Source of the DNA: an uncultured Ignavibacteriota bacterium
GTDB lineage: Bacteria > Bacteroidota > Ignavibacteria > UBA10030 > UBA8401
Direction of reading: 5' to 3'
DNA: 64,000 nt
Assembly: GCA_903958625.1 (NCBI GenBank)
Contig: CAJBTU010000072.1
Location: forward strand, 4,682-68,681
Positions 19,864 through 29,319 of the stretch are shown piece after piece; the first letter of the stretch is position 1; each line of letters starts with the position of its first letter. The translations under genes were made by a program, and so were the position numbers. Under the pieces are notes generated by a model. It made no database searches. It saw only the letters and a list, made by a program, of their open reading frames with translations, and had not been told where the DNA came from.

Positions 19864-21239
19864 AACGTTTTTTTTTATATGGTCTATGCATCACTGTTTT
19901 TCTTCCTGCCGGGTTTGCCAATCAGCAGACGGATATCAAGAGAAAGGATCAGCAATTAAAACGGTTGCGCGCCGAGATCCAGCAATACGAACAGCAGATT
20001 GAAGAGAGCGAAATGAAAGAAAAGGCAACGCTGGGCCGCCTGGACATTATTGAAAAGAAGGCCAACCTTGTTAAAACGCTGCTGGAGGAACTGCGCGATG
20101 AAGAAAAACTGATCCGCGAATCCATCGAAAGCACGCGCGACAATGTAGCGCAGCTGGAAAAACAATTGACGTTCCTAAAGACCCACTACGCAAACTATGT
20201 TTCCTCCGTGTACAAATACGGAAAAGTGTACGATCTGGAAACGATCCTCTCTTCCAATTCCATCAATCAGCTTTATATCCGCATTGAATACATGAAGCGT
20301 TTTTCCGACCAGCGGAAAAAGGATCTCGAAAAGATCGTCACAAAGAAAGATCAGATCGAGATCGAACACAGTACGCTTCAGGAAAAACTTTCCACCGAAC
20401 AGCAGCTCATCTCCGAAAAGATCAGGGAGGAAAATACGCTCAACAAAACAAAGGAGCGCCGTAAAAACGTCCTGAAGGATATTCGCGAAGACAAGTCGCA
20501 GATGAAGAAAGAGCTGACACGAAAGATCTCTGCCGCCAAAGAACTGGAAAATCTCATCACCACATTGATTGAACAGGAGCGTATCAGAAAAGAAAAAGCG
20601 GAACGCCTGGAGCGGGAACGAAAAGAACGTATTGCAAAAGAACGGGCGGCGCAGCGCGAACGTGAACGGATCGCAAAGATCGAACGGGAGAAAGAATTGG
20701 CCGATCTGAAACGAAAAAACGATCTTGCAAAAGCGAAGGAGAAGGAAAGGGAGATCGCAGAAGCAAACCGGCGCGCAGAAGAACGTGAAAAGTTGTATGA
20801 GATCGAAACAGCAAAGGTCGAACTGGTGATGCGTCCGCTGCTCGAAAGGAAAGGAAAACTGATCTGGCCGGTGATCGGAGGAAGAGTTGTCGCCGAATTC
20901 GGTAATCAGGTCCATCCGGTGATGAAAACGATCACAACAAACACCGGAATCGACATTGCAACAAAAGAAAATGCACCGGTCCGCTGTGTGGCTGATGGAG
21001 AAATTGCGCTGATACACTGGCTGCCTTCATACGGCAATCTTATCATTATCAATCACAGCCACGGTTACCGAACCGTGTATGCACATTTATCGGAGATCTC
21101 GGTGGTAACTGGTCAGCAGATTAAAGAAGGGGCCGTCATCGCAAACAGCGGAGAGACCGTTTCGGGTAATTTATTGCACTTCGAGGTGTGGAAGGAAAAG
21201 GACAAGCAGAATCCGCGTGAATGGCTTGCCCGGCGGTAA
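19860..21239 (+). CDS. M23/LytM-domain protein with long N-terminal coiled coil (EnvC-like murein hydrolase activator)
   Basis: ATGA overlap with the upstream gene. ~300 aa of K/E/R/Q-rich heptad-like sequence including an ERERKERIAKERAAQRERERIAKIEREKE repeat. C-terminal M23 domain with NHSHGYRTVYAHL; the first metal-ligand motif reads NTGIDI (N in place of H). Confidence 0.8.
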   Translation: MKRFFLYGLCITVFLPAGFANQQTDIKRKDQQLKRLRAEIQQYEQQIEESEMKEKATLGRLDIIEKKANLVKTLLEELRDEEKLIRESIESTRDNVAQLEKQLTFLKTHYANYVSSVYKYGKVYDLETILSSNSINQLYIRIEYMKRFSDQRKKDLEKIVTKKDQIEIEHSTLQEKLSTEQQLISEKIREENTLNKTKERRKNVLKDIREDKSQMKKELTRKISAAKELENLITTLIEQERIRKEKAERLERERKERIAKERAAQRERERIAKIEREKELADLKRKNDLAKAKEKEREIAEANRRAEEREKLYEIETAKVELVMRPLLERKGKLIWPVIGGRVVAEFGNQVHPVMKTITTNTGIDIATKENAPVRCVADGEIALIHWLPSYGNLIIINHSHGYRTVYAHLSEISVVTGQQIKEGAVIANSGETVSGNLLHFEVWKEKDKQNPREWLARR

Positions 21240-21379
21240 ATCCGGATCCCTCAATGTTACTTGGCGAAGGGCGGTCTTTATCGCGCCTTCATTTTCTTGC
21301 ATTTTTTCATAAGTTTGCTGTAATTGATAAACACATTTGTGCTAGCATCTTTACGCAATCAATATCTTAAAGGAAACCC

Positions 21380-22393
21380 GTGGCAAAACGAATTGAAAAA
21401 CCGGAGTCTGTGAAAACGAAACGCAGCGATGTAGAAGCGGTGCGTGAACTAAATTCATCGTATCAGGCAATGAGATCGGAGATCGCAAAGGTGATCGTCG
21501 GACAGGACGCCGTTATCGAACAGCTGTTCGTCTCCCTGCTCTCGCGCGGACATTGTCTGCTCGTCGGCGTTCCGGGGCTTGCCAAAACATTACTTATCAA
21601 GACGCTTGCCGAAGTGATCGATCTGAAATTCAACCGCATTCAATTCACGCCGGATCTGATGCCGAGCGATATTACGGGAACCGAGATCATCGAAGAGGAT
21701 AAAAAGAGCGGCGGAAAAGTATTCAAATTTGTTGAAGGCCCCGTCTTTGCAAACATCGTGCTTGCTGACGAGATCAACCGGACGCCTCCGAAAACTCAGG
21801 CCGCACTTCTGGAATCGATGCAGGAACACAAGGTCACCGCCGCCGGAAAGACATACACGCTTGATGAACCGTTCTTTGTTCTTGCCACGCAAAATCCGAT
21901 AGAACAGGAAGGAACGTATCCTCTTCCCGAAGCACAATTGGATCGATTCATGTTCAATTTATGGCTTGAATATCCATCGTTCGAGGAAGAGAAACAGATC
22001 GTTAAATCGACCACCAGTCAATATTTACCGAAACTCAAACATGTTTTAAGCGGCGACGATATTGTTGATTATCAGGATCTTGTCCGCCGCGTTCCGGTGG
22101 CGGATAATGTGATCGACTATGCCGTTCAGCTGGTTGCAAAAACGCGTCCAAAAGATCCGCGCTCACCGCAGTTCGTCAAAGATTGGCTCACCTGGGGGGC
22201 CGGACCGCGTGCATCGCAATATTTGATCCTTGGTGCAAAGACGCGTGCGATCCTCCACGGGAAATATACTCCGGACATGGAAGATGTCCGTGCGGTTGCC
22301 ATTCCCGTTCTGCGTCACCGCATTATTCCCAATTTCAACGCCGAGGCGGATGGAATTACTTCTGTGCAGATCGTGGAAAAACTGTTGGCGTGA
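21380..22393 (+). CDS. MoxR-family AAA+ ATPase
   Basis: Walker A GVPGLAKT, Walker B LADEINR. 337 aa with typical MoxR length and ends. Confidence 0.85.
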   Translation: MAKRIEKPESVKTKRSDVEAVRELNSSYQAMRSEIAKVIVGQDAVIEQLFVSLLSRGHCLLVGVPGLAKTLLIKTLAEVIDLKFNRIQFTPDLMPSDITGTEIIEEDKKSGGKVFKFVEGPVFANIVLADEINRTPPKTQAALLESMQEHKVTAAGKTYTLDEPFFVLATQNPIEQEGTYPLPEAQLDRFMFNLWLEYPSFEEEKQIVKSTTSQYLPKLKHVLSGDDIVDYQDLVRRVPVADNVIDYAVQLVAKTRPKDPRSPQFVKDWLTWGAGPRASQYLILGAKTRAILHGKYTPDMEDVRAVAIPVLRHRIIPNFNAEADGITSVQIVEKLLA

Positions 22394-22416
22394 TTTTTTT
22401 GTTGCGGCGATACTCT

Positions 22417-22451
22417 GAACCGTTTGCTTTACGTAAACGGTTCATTTTTTT
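22417..22451 (+). terminator. rho-independent terminator (serves moxR)
   Basis: GAACCGTTT-gctttacg-TAAACGGTTC followed by ATTTTTTT. Confidence 0.7.
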
Positions 22452-23343
22452 AAACGACAGAGATACCGCTATTTTCAACCTTCATCACTTCGGCGCTTGC
22501 CTTCTGACCGCGTAACTCAAACGCGTTACGCATCGCTTCGGCGATCTGCTGTTCGTTCTTTACTGTAAATGCAAACACCGTCGGACCCGCTCCGCTGATA
22601 TTGAATGATAATGCACCGGCCTTCAGCGCTGCTTTCTTTATTTCATCATATCCCGGAATGAGTACGGCGCGGTATTGTTCGTGAAGTTTTTCCGCCGTTG
22701 CATATCGCAGTGCTTCGAAATCACCGCTCATCAGTGCCGCCACTAGCGATGCGGCATTTTCAATATTGGTAACAGCATCCTGAAGAGAAACCTGCTGCGG
22801 TAATATTTTTCTCGCTTCTTTGGTCTGCACCTGGAAATGAGGGGAACAAGTAATAACGGAAAGGGTGCGTTCAATCTTCACGCTCCTACAGTGAACGGTA
22901 TGTTCCGCATCAAAACAGTTGACCGTCAATCCTCCGAATAACGCGGCGGAAACATTGTCCGGATGTCCTTCGATGCCGACGGCAATATTCAGCATTTCTT
23001 CCCGCGTCAATCCGCCCTTCAATAATTCGTTCGCAAGAAAAACGCCTCCGGCGATCGCCGCACCGCTGCCCCCGAGTCCGCCATATGCAGGAATTCCGTT
23101 GTTTATGTGAAGATGAACCGCGGGAAGATCTTTTCCCAGTTTTTGTGCTGTCGTATTCATTGCTGAATAGACAAGATTTGTCTCGTCTGCGGCAATATGG
23201 TCTTTACCGTTTCCTTCAACAACAATGGATCGCTGAGCGGCTGCTTCCGCCGATAAAATTAAATACCGGTTGAGCGCTAAACCAAGCGTATCAAATCCGG
23301 GACCCAGATTGGAGGTTGAGCAGGGAATTTTTATTTGGACCAT
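22450..23343 (-). CDS. thrB: homoserine kinase
   Basis: GHMP kinase with N-terminus MVQIKIPCSTSNLGPGFDTLGLAL. Confidence 0.85.
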   Translation of the reverse strand: MVQIKIPCSTSNLGPGFDTLGLALNRYLILSAEAAAQRSIVVEGNGKDHIAADETNLVYSAMNTTAQKLGKDLPAVHLHINNGIPAYGGLGGSGAAIAGGVFLANELLKGGLTREEMLNIAVGIEGHPDNVSAALFGGLTVNCFDAEHTVHCRSVKIERTLSVITCSPHFQVQTKEARKILPQQVSLQDAVTNIENAASLVAALMSGDFEALRYATAEKLHEQYRAVLIPGYDEIKKAALKAGALSFNISGAGPTVFAFTVKNEQQIAEAMRNAFELRGQKASAEVMKVENSGISVV

Positions 23344-23399
23344 AATTAATTACGGGATGAGTGCGTATCGTGCTTACTCTTGATAATTTTGCGTTCTTA

Positions 23400-24674
23400 T
23401 TATGACAAGTATTTTTTTATTTCGTCAATGCTTGCTTCCACATCGTGCGGCGGATTGGCAAGCACGCTCATTCGGTTAAAATGATAATCCACGATCACCT
23501 GCGGGTCTTTAAGAATATTTCCCGTAAGAATACCGACCACTGTTTCGTGTGTTTTGATCTCGCCCGATGCGATCAGTTTTTTTATACCGGCAACCGTTGC
23601 GCATGATGCGGGTTCGGCTCCAATCCCCGCGGCATCAACATTTGCTTTTGTTTCAAGAATTTCTTCGTCGGTCACGCTTTCTACAATTCCATTCGTCCAC
23701 TTCAACGCACGGACCGCCTTGGTGTAATTCACCGGATCACCGATCTTAATTGCCGTTGCAATTGTCTCTGCTTTTTCGGTCTTCAATCCGGAAAAATTAT
23801 TTTTATACGCTTTATAGAATGGGCTTGCCCCTTCCGCCTGGATCACGGCAAACCGCGGTAAACGGTCAATGAGCCCAATCTGACGCGCTTCGTGCAATGC
23901 TTTTCCGAAGGCGCTTGTGTTGCCAAGATTCCCTCCGGGGAAAACGATCCAGTCTGGAACCTGCCAGTTAAGCTGCTGCAGGATCTCCCACATGATCGTC
24001 TTCTGCCCTTCAAGACGGAACGGATTGATGGAATTGAGCGGATAGGCAGAAAGTTTTTCCTGCGCTTCGCGGATCAAACGCATGCAATCGTCAAAATCTC
24101 CATTGACAACAAGGGTTTTTGTTCCGTAGGCCAGCGCCTGCGAGATTTTTCCAACGGCAACATTTCCTTTCGGAATGAGCACGATTCCTGTCAATTCGGC
24201 CTCCGAAGCATAGGCCGCGAGCGATGCCGACGTATTTCCTGTCGACGCGCAGGTGACCGCTTTTTGATTCAAATGCTTCGCCATTGTTATCGCTGCGGTC
24301 ATTCCTCGATCTTTAAAAGAGCCGGTCGGATTTTCTCCTTCATGTTTCAGAAAGAATTTTTCTTTGTTCAATCCAAGCCATGAAGAGATCTTCTTGGTAC
24401 GGTACAGCCGCGTGTTCCCCTCCTGTTTGGAAACGATCTCCGATTCTGTAATGTCCGGCAAGACCATTTCCTTAAAATGCCATACGCCGCCGCTTGGCTG
24501 TCCGTTGATCGATACACGTTTGCTTAAAAAATATTCCCGTGTCAGCGGGTATTTCTTCTTCAACGCATCAAAATCGTGAATAACATCCAGAAGTTCGCCG
24601 TTATCCGCTGTGAACCGGACTTCGTCCAACGGATATTCCTTGCCTGACGAGATGCTTTTTAAAATCGATTTCAT
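23400..24674 (-). CDS. thrC: threonine synthase
   Basis: PLP enzyme with FKDRGM lysine motif, 424 aa. Confidence 0.85.
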   Translation of the reverse strand: MKSILKSISSGKEYPLDEVRFTADNGELLDVIHDFDALKKKYPLTREYFLSKRVSINGQPSGGVWHFKEMVLPDITESEIVSKQEGNTRLYRTKKISSWLGLNKEKFFLKHEGENPTGSFKDRGMTAAITMAKHLNQKAVTCASTGNTSASLAAYASEAELTGIVLIPKGNVAVGKISQALAYGTKTLVVNGDFDDCMRLIREAQEKLSAYPLNSINPFRLEGQKTIMWEILQQLNWQVPDWIVFPGGNLGNTSAFGKALHEARQIGLIDRLPRFAVIQAEGASPFYKAYKNNFSGLKTEKAETIATAIKIGDPVNYTKAVRALKWTNGIVESVTDEEILETKANVDAAGIGAEPASCATVAGIKKLIASGEIKTHETVVGILTGNILKDPQVIVDYHFNRMSVLANPPHDVEASIDEIKKYLS

Positions 24675-24675
24675 A

Positions 24676-24924
24676 TCAACAATGTTTCGGAACTGGGATA
24701 TCGTTAATGGAAATAATATGGTCTAACCGGATCACGGTGCCGTCGTCTACTTTTAAATACTCAGCGCTCTCTTTAGAATAGATGTCGACGATGATACCGT
24801 CGGCGGTTTTCTCGGACCCGTCCTGATAAAGAATGGAACAGCGTGTCCGTTTCGTTGCGTAGGCCTCTATCTGGTCATAATACGAACAGCTGATGCTTTG
24901 ATATTTGTTGGTTGTTTTGCTCAT
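24676..24924 (-). CDS. Rof/YaeO-like small protein (Rho-binding antiterminator family, tentative)
   Basis: 82 aa. Y-Q-x-I-x-C-x-x-Y-D ... DG ... EYL-V ... G ... RLD-I-S pattern aligns with E. coli Rof as I recall it. Its ends abut thrC (1-nt gap) and overlap lysC (ATGA). Confidence 0.55.
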   Translation of the reverse strand: MSKTTNKYQSISCSYYDQIEAYATKRTRCSILYQDGSEKTADGIIVDIYSKESAEYLKVDDGTVIRLDHIISINDIPVPKHC

Positions 24925-26312
24925 AAATGAAATGCATCATGCACAGATTGAACTGCTTTCTTTGCTTCAATTTGTTCTACTACAAAAGAGATGTTCAATT
25001 CCGAAGAACCCTGCGCGATCGCAATAATGTTCACATCCGCTTTTGCCACCGCATCGAATGTGCGACCGGCGATCCCTTTTGACCCGATCATTCCTTCGCC
25101 CACCACCGCAACAATGGAAACGGGTTCCTTCACCGATACATCATCAATAATTTTCTTTGCAATATCAATGCTAAATTCGTCTCTCAGTACTTTTACTCCA
25201 ACGGCGCAGTCTTTTCGCGGCACTATGATGCAGACGTTGTGTTCCGAAGACGCCTGCGAGATCATCATCACGTTCACCTGCGCCCGTGCAAGCGCCGAAA
25301 AGATCCTTGCCGACACGCCGGGAACCCCGATCATTCCGTTCCCCTCGATCGAAATGATCGCAAGATTATCGATTGAAGTTACTGTTTTGGCAGAACTTCC
25401 TTTCTTGTCCGGTTTTGCTGAAATGAGCGTGCCCGGATATTCAGGATTGAATGTATTCTTGATCCTGATCGGTATATTTTTTACGATTGCGGGGACCATT
25501 GTCTTCGGATGAATGACTTTTGCTCCGAAGTAACTCATCTCTGCCGCTTCGCGGTAGGAGATTTCCGGCAGTACCTTGGCACCCTTTACATATCTTGGAT
25601 CGGCGGTCATCACGCCGTCAACATCCGTCCATATCCAGATCTCCCTGCTGTTCACCGCTGAGCCAACGATCGATCCCGTATAATCCGAGCCGCTGCGGCC
25701 GATTGTTGTGGTGATACCGTCTTCCGTTGATGCAATAAATCCGGTCACGACAGGTACAAATCCGTTGTGAACCAATGAAGTGATTGTTTCATTTATCTTA
25801 CCGTTGGAATATGAAAAGTCAACAGCTGCCTCTCCAAAATTATCGTCCGTTCGAATGATCGTCCTGGCATCGACAAAACAGGATTTAATGCCGTTCTCTT
25901 CAAAGATCGCAGCGATCTGTCTACACGACATGATCTCGCCGAAGGAGGCGATCGCATCCAGCGAGCGGGGAGACAGTTCGCGCAGCAGACTCACTCCGTG
26001 ATACAGATTCGTCAGTTCGTCGATCGATTGCTGCTGTTCCTTAATGAGTGCCTCGCACCGGGAAGAATCCTGTATCATCGTATTGGCAATCTGCGCGTGG
26101 CGTTCCCGAATCGCGGCAACTGCGGTTTTTACCTCTCCGCTCTTTCGTTCCACTGCTTTTTGCGCCGTATCAAGAAGAACGTTTGTCAACCCTCCCATTG
26201 CCGATGCAACAATCACGGGTTGTTCATTCTCGAATTTCTTAACGATGGCAACCACTTCCTGTAAACGAAGAACATCGCCGACCGATGTTCCGCCGAATTT
26301 CATTGTAAGCAT
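24921..26312 (-). CDS. lysC: aspartate kinase (monofunctional, with C-terminal ACT domains)
   Basis: MLTMKFGGTSVGD N-terminus, 463 aa, no homoserine dehydrogenase domain. Confidence 0.85.
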   Translation of the reverse strand: MLTMKFGGTSVGDVLRLQEVVAIVKKFENEQPVIVASAMGGLTNVLLDTAQKAVERKSGEVKTAVAAIRERHAQIANTMIQDSSRCEALIKEQQQSIDELTNLYHGVSLLRELSPRSLDAIASFGEIMSCRQIAAIFEENGIKSCFVDARTIIRTDDNFGEAAVDFSYSNGKINETITSLVHNGFVPVVTGFIASTEDGITTTIGRSGSDYTGSIVGSAVNSREIWIWTDVDGVMTADPRYVKGAKVLPEISYREAAEMSYFGAKVIHPKTMVPAIVKNIPIRIKNTFNPEYPGTLISAKPDKKGSSAKTVTSIDNLAIISIEGNGMIGVPGVSARIFSALARAQVNVMMISQASSEHNVCIIVPRKDCAVGVKVLRDEFSIDIAKKIIDDVSVKEPVSIVAVVGEGMIGSKGIAGRTFDAVAKADVNIIAIAQGSSELNISFVVEQIEAKKAVQSVHDAFHL

Positions 26313-26322
26313 ATGATTGTTT

Positions 26323-27312
26323 TTAACCTTGTTTTTCCATCAACGATACAATATGAGAAAAATGTGTGGTATATGTTTCAGCAATAAAATCCATTTCGCT
26401 GCGGTCAAGTTTTACAATTTTGGTGTTCATCTCGGCTTGTCCCGGGGTTTTTATCCCGGGTATGATCGTGGAAACACCCGGCATGTTTGCACAAAAACTC
26501 ATCGCCAAAGTTGTTTTGGAGATCTTTTTTTCCTCCGCTATGCGCCAAATATTTTCCAGTCCGGAAAGCGATGTTTCAATGATCTCTTTGGTGAGTCGAA
26601 ACGACCGGTGATCGTTCGGCGAGAACGATGTCTCCCCCGACACTCTTCCTGTCAGCAGTCCGAATTGCAGCGGCATACGGGCAATGATACCGTATCCTTT
26701 CGCGGCGGCCTTTTCAATAAGGCCGCGTGCGTGCTGATTGATGATGTTGAATACCAGTTGAAATCCCTGACCAAGATTTCTGTCGATCATAAATTCCGAT
26801 TCCGCGTATGGATGAAACGTGTTAAGCGACAATCCCCAGGAACGGATCTTTCCCTGTTTCATCAGTTGATCCATCGCTTCCACACAATCGCCCTGTTCAA
26901 GATGCACCATCCGGGCAGAATGCAATTGATAATAATCGATGACCTCTCGCCGCAATCGTTTCAGACTCCGGTCGCATGCCTCCACAATATGTTTTCGGCT
27001 GTAGTCAAGCGCGATCGCATTTTCTTTCGTTGTGCGGTGTCCTACTTTTGTCGCGATAATGACGTCCGGAGAATTTCCGAATGTTTCACCGATCAATTCT
27101 TCCGAATGACCGAGACCATAAAAATCCGCCGTATCGAAAAAATTGATGCCGAGTTCTTTTGCGCGGATCAACGCTTTCTTCGAAATCGCATCGTCAACAT
27201 CTCCCCATCCGATCGGCGTTGAACCGACCATTGCGGGACCGCCGATTCCCCATGCTCCAAAACCGACGATGCTGACGTTCAGCCCTGTTGTTCCTAATTG
27301 TCTGTATTCCAT
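26323..27312 (-). CDS. aldo/keto reductase family oxidoreductase
   Basis: [29 protein letters not shown]-terminus, 329 aa. Confidence 0.8.
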   Translation of the reverse strand: MEYRQLGTTGLNVSIVGFGAWGIGGPAMVGSTPIGWGDVDDAISKKALIRAKELGINFFDTADFYGLGHSEELIGETFGNSPDVIIATKVGHRTTKENAIALDYSRKHIVEACDRSLKRLRREVIDYYQLHSARMVHLEQGDCVEAMDQLMKQGKIRSWGLSLNTFHPYAESEFMIDRNLGQGFQLVFNIINQHARGLIEKAAAKGYGIIARMPLQFGLLTGRVSGETSFSPNDHRSFRLTKEIIETSLSGLENIWRIAEEKKISKTTLAMSFCANMPGVSTIIPGIKTPGQAEMNTKIVKLDRSEMDFIAETYTTHFSHIVSLMEKQG

Positions 27313-28379
27313 TAGAGTGTTTCGGAAATCTTTTGTGTCATTTCCTGCGTGCCGAGCAATGTGGTCCCTTCGGTAAAAATATCCCCGGTTCGGAATCCTT
27401 TGCCCAATACTTTCTCTATCGCTTGTTCTATCGCTTCCGATTCTGCGCTGAGATCGAACGAATATTTCAGCATCATGGCCACAGATGCAATCGTTGCGAT
27501 CGGATTCGCTTTGTTCTGTCCGGCAATATCCGGAGCGCTGCCGTGAACCGGTTCATACATTGCCACCGTGCCGCCGAGGCTTGCAGAGGCGAGCATTCCG
27601 ATGGAACCGGTGAGCATCGCCGCTTCGTCGCTGAGAATGTCGCCAAACAAATTTTCAGTGACGATCACGTCGAACTGTTTCGGATCGCGTATCAATTGCA
27701 TTGCGCAGTTGTCCACATACATGTGCGACAGTTCAACGTCCGGATATTGTTTGGCAACTTCAAGAACGATCTTCCGCCACAGCTGCGATGTTTCCAGTAC
27801 GTTCGCCTTGTCCACGGAACATAACTTCTTTTTCCGTTTTCGTGCGATCTCAAATGCGGATTCCGCTATTCGTTTCACCTCGGATACGGAATAGATCATT
27901 GTGTTGAATCCGACCTCTTCGCCGTTTCTCTGTTCAAATCCGCTTGGCTTCCCAAAATACAATCCGCCGGTCAATTCACGCACAACAATAATATCAACTC
28001 CATCCACAATTTCTTTCTTCAGCGACGAAGCATCTACAAGCGCAGAATATATTTTTGCGGGACGGATATTGGCGTACAATCCAAGTTCCTTGCGGAGTCC
28101 CAGCAGCGCACGTTCCGGTTTAAGATGCTGCGGATTCGAGTCCCATTTCGGTCCTCCGACAGCGCCGAGAAGAACGGCATCACTGGATTTTGCCAACATC
28201 AATGTCTCTTCCGGAAGCGGAACTCCTTTTGCATCCAAGGCGGCGCCTCCGGCGAGGGCGTAGTGATAATCAAATGTATGTTTGAACTTGTTGGCAATGA
28301 CGTCCAGAACGTGAAGAGCGCTTGCAACAACTTCTTTTCCGATCCCGTCGCCGGGAATTACGGCAATATTTTTTTTCAT
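27312..28379 (-). CDS. leuB: 3-isopropylmalate dehydrogenase
   Basis: [17 protein letters not shown], 355 aa isocitrate/isopropylmalate dehydrogenase family. Confidence 0.85.
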   Translation of the reverse strand: MKKNIAVIPGDGIGKEVVASALHVLDVIANKFKHTFDYHYALAGGAALDAKGVPLPEETLMLAKSSDAVLLGAVGGPKWDSNPQHLKPERALLGLRKELGLYANIRPAKIYSALVDASSLKKEIVDGVDIIVVRELTGGLYFGKPSGFEQRNGEEVGFNTMIYSVSEVKRIAESAFEIARKRKKKLCSVDKANVLETSQLWRKIVLEVAKQYPDVELSHMYVDNCAMQLIRDPKQFDVIVTENLFGDILSDEAAMLTGSIGMLASASLGGTVAMYEPVHGSAPDIAGQNKANPIATIASVAMMLKYSFDLSAESEAIEQAIEKVLGKGFRTGDIFTEGTTLLGTQEMTQKISETL

Positions 28380-28440
28380 AATCTCGTAATTATTTCATTG
28401 AATCGATGCTGAGGTGACCATGGTTCGTGCTTAAATATAC

Positions 28441-29265
28441 TCAATGTTTATTGATTAATTCCGACAGTTCTCTCGACCGGTTCGTTGCCGTTGCCACCGC
28501 ATCAATAAGCATCGAACGCAAGCCGTGAGATTCAAGTTCGTGAATTGCGTTGATCGTCGTTCCGCCCGGGGTCGTTACCTGATCGCGCAAAATAGCAGGA
28601 TGAACATTCGATTCCTTCACCAGTTTTGCGGATCCGAGAACGGTTTGGATCGCCAGTTTCGTGGAAATATCGCGGGGCAGACCCATTTTCACGCCGCCGT
28701 CGATCAACGCTTCGATCACCATATAAATATAGGCCGGGCCGCTGCCGCTTAATCCTGTTACCGCATCAAGATGCTGCTCACCAACAACCACAACATCGCC
28801 GACCGCTTCGAAGATCTTAATGGCAACATCGTGCTGTGCGGCTTGAACATGCTTGCCAAATGAAATTGCTGTTGAACCGAGTCCAACGGTTGACGCAATG
28901 TTCGGCATGCAGCGTGCAATGGGAATATTTTTTCCAACGATCTTTTCCATGGAAGCAGTGGTAACACCGGCTGCAATAGAAATTACGAACTGACCTTTGT
29001 GGAGCACTTTGCGCATTTCGTCCAGCACGGAGCGTATCACCGATGCTTTAATGCAAAGAATAACGATATCCGCATGCCTGGCGGCATCCTTATTGTTCGT
29101 CGTAACATTGATGCCGAATTCTTTGGCGAGTTTGTCTAATTTGTCGATCCTTGTACCGCTGGCGTAGATCTTTTTTGCACTGGTGAGATTCGCCGTAAGA
29201 ATTCCACGGATGAGTGCCGTCCCCATGTTTCCTGCGCCGATGATCGCTATGGTTTTATTTAACAT
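28441..29265 (-). CDS. proC: pyrroline-5-carboxylate reductase
   Basis: IAIIGAGNMGTALIRGIL Rossmann N-terminus, 274 aa. Confidence 0.8.
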   Translation of the reverse strand: MLNKTIAIIGAGNMGTALIRGILTANLTSAKKIYASGTRIDKLDKLAKEFGINVTTNNKDAARHADIVILCIKASVIRSVLDEMRKVLHKGQFVISIAAGVTTASMEKIVGKNIPIARCMPNIASTVGLGSTAISFGKHVQAAQHDVAIKIFEAVGDVVVVGEQHLDAVTGLSGSGPAYIYMVIEALIDGGVKMGLPRDISTKLAIQTVLGSAKLVKESNVHPAILRDQVTTPGGTTINAIHELESHGLRSMLIDAVATATNRSRELSELINKH

Positions 29266-29319
29266 GCTGTTGTTCTCCCCTCAACGCCTTCAATGGTCTC
29301 TATGGTGAATATGTATAAT

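Noticed and set aside
20175-21017. 280-aa minus-strand ORF antisense to the M23/EnvC-like gene, and similar long antisense ORFs (10150-10920 +, 26317-27222 +, 16663-17109 -, 29293-29907 +)
   Set aside because: They are embedded opposite strongly supported genes. They have low-complexity or atypical composition and no motifs, so they are shadow ORFs.
9695-21279. Exact 14-mer GAAGGGCGGTCTTT present twice (9695-9708 inside the helicase 3' end, and 21266-21279 downstream of the M23 gene)
   Set aside because: For a 64-kb window, roughly 10-15 exact 14-mer coincidences are expected by chance. The flanks diverge immediately and there is no positional logic.
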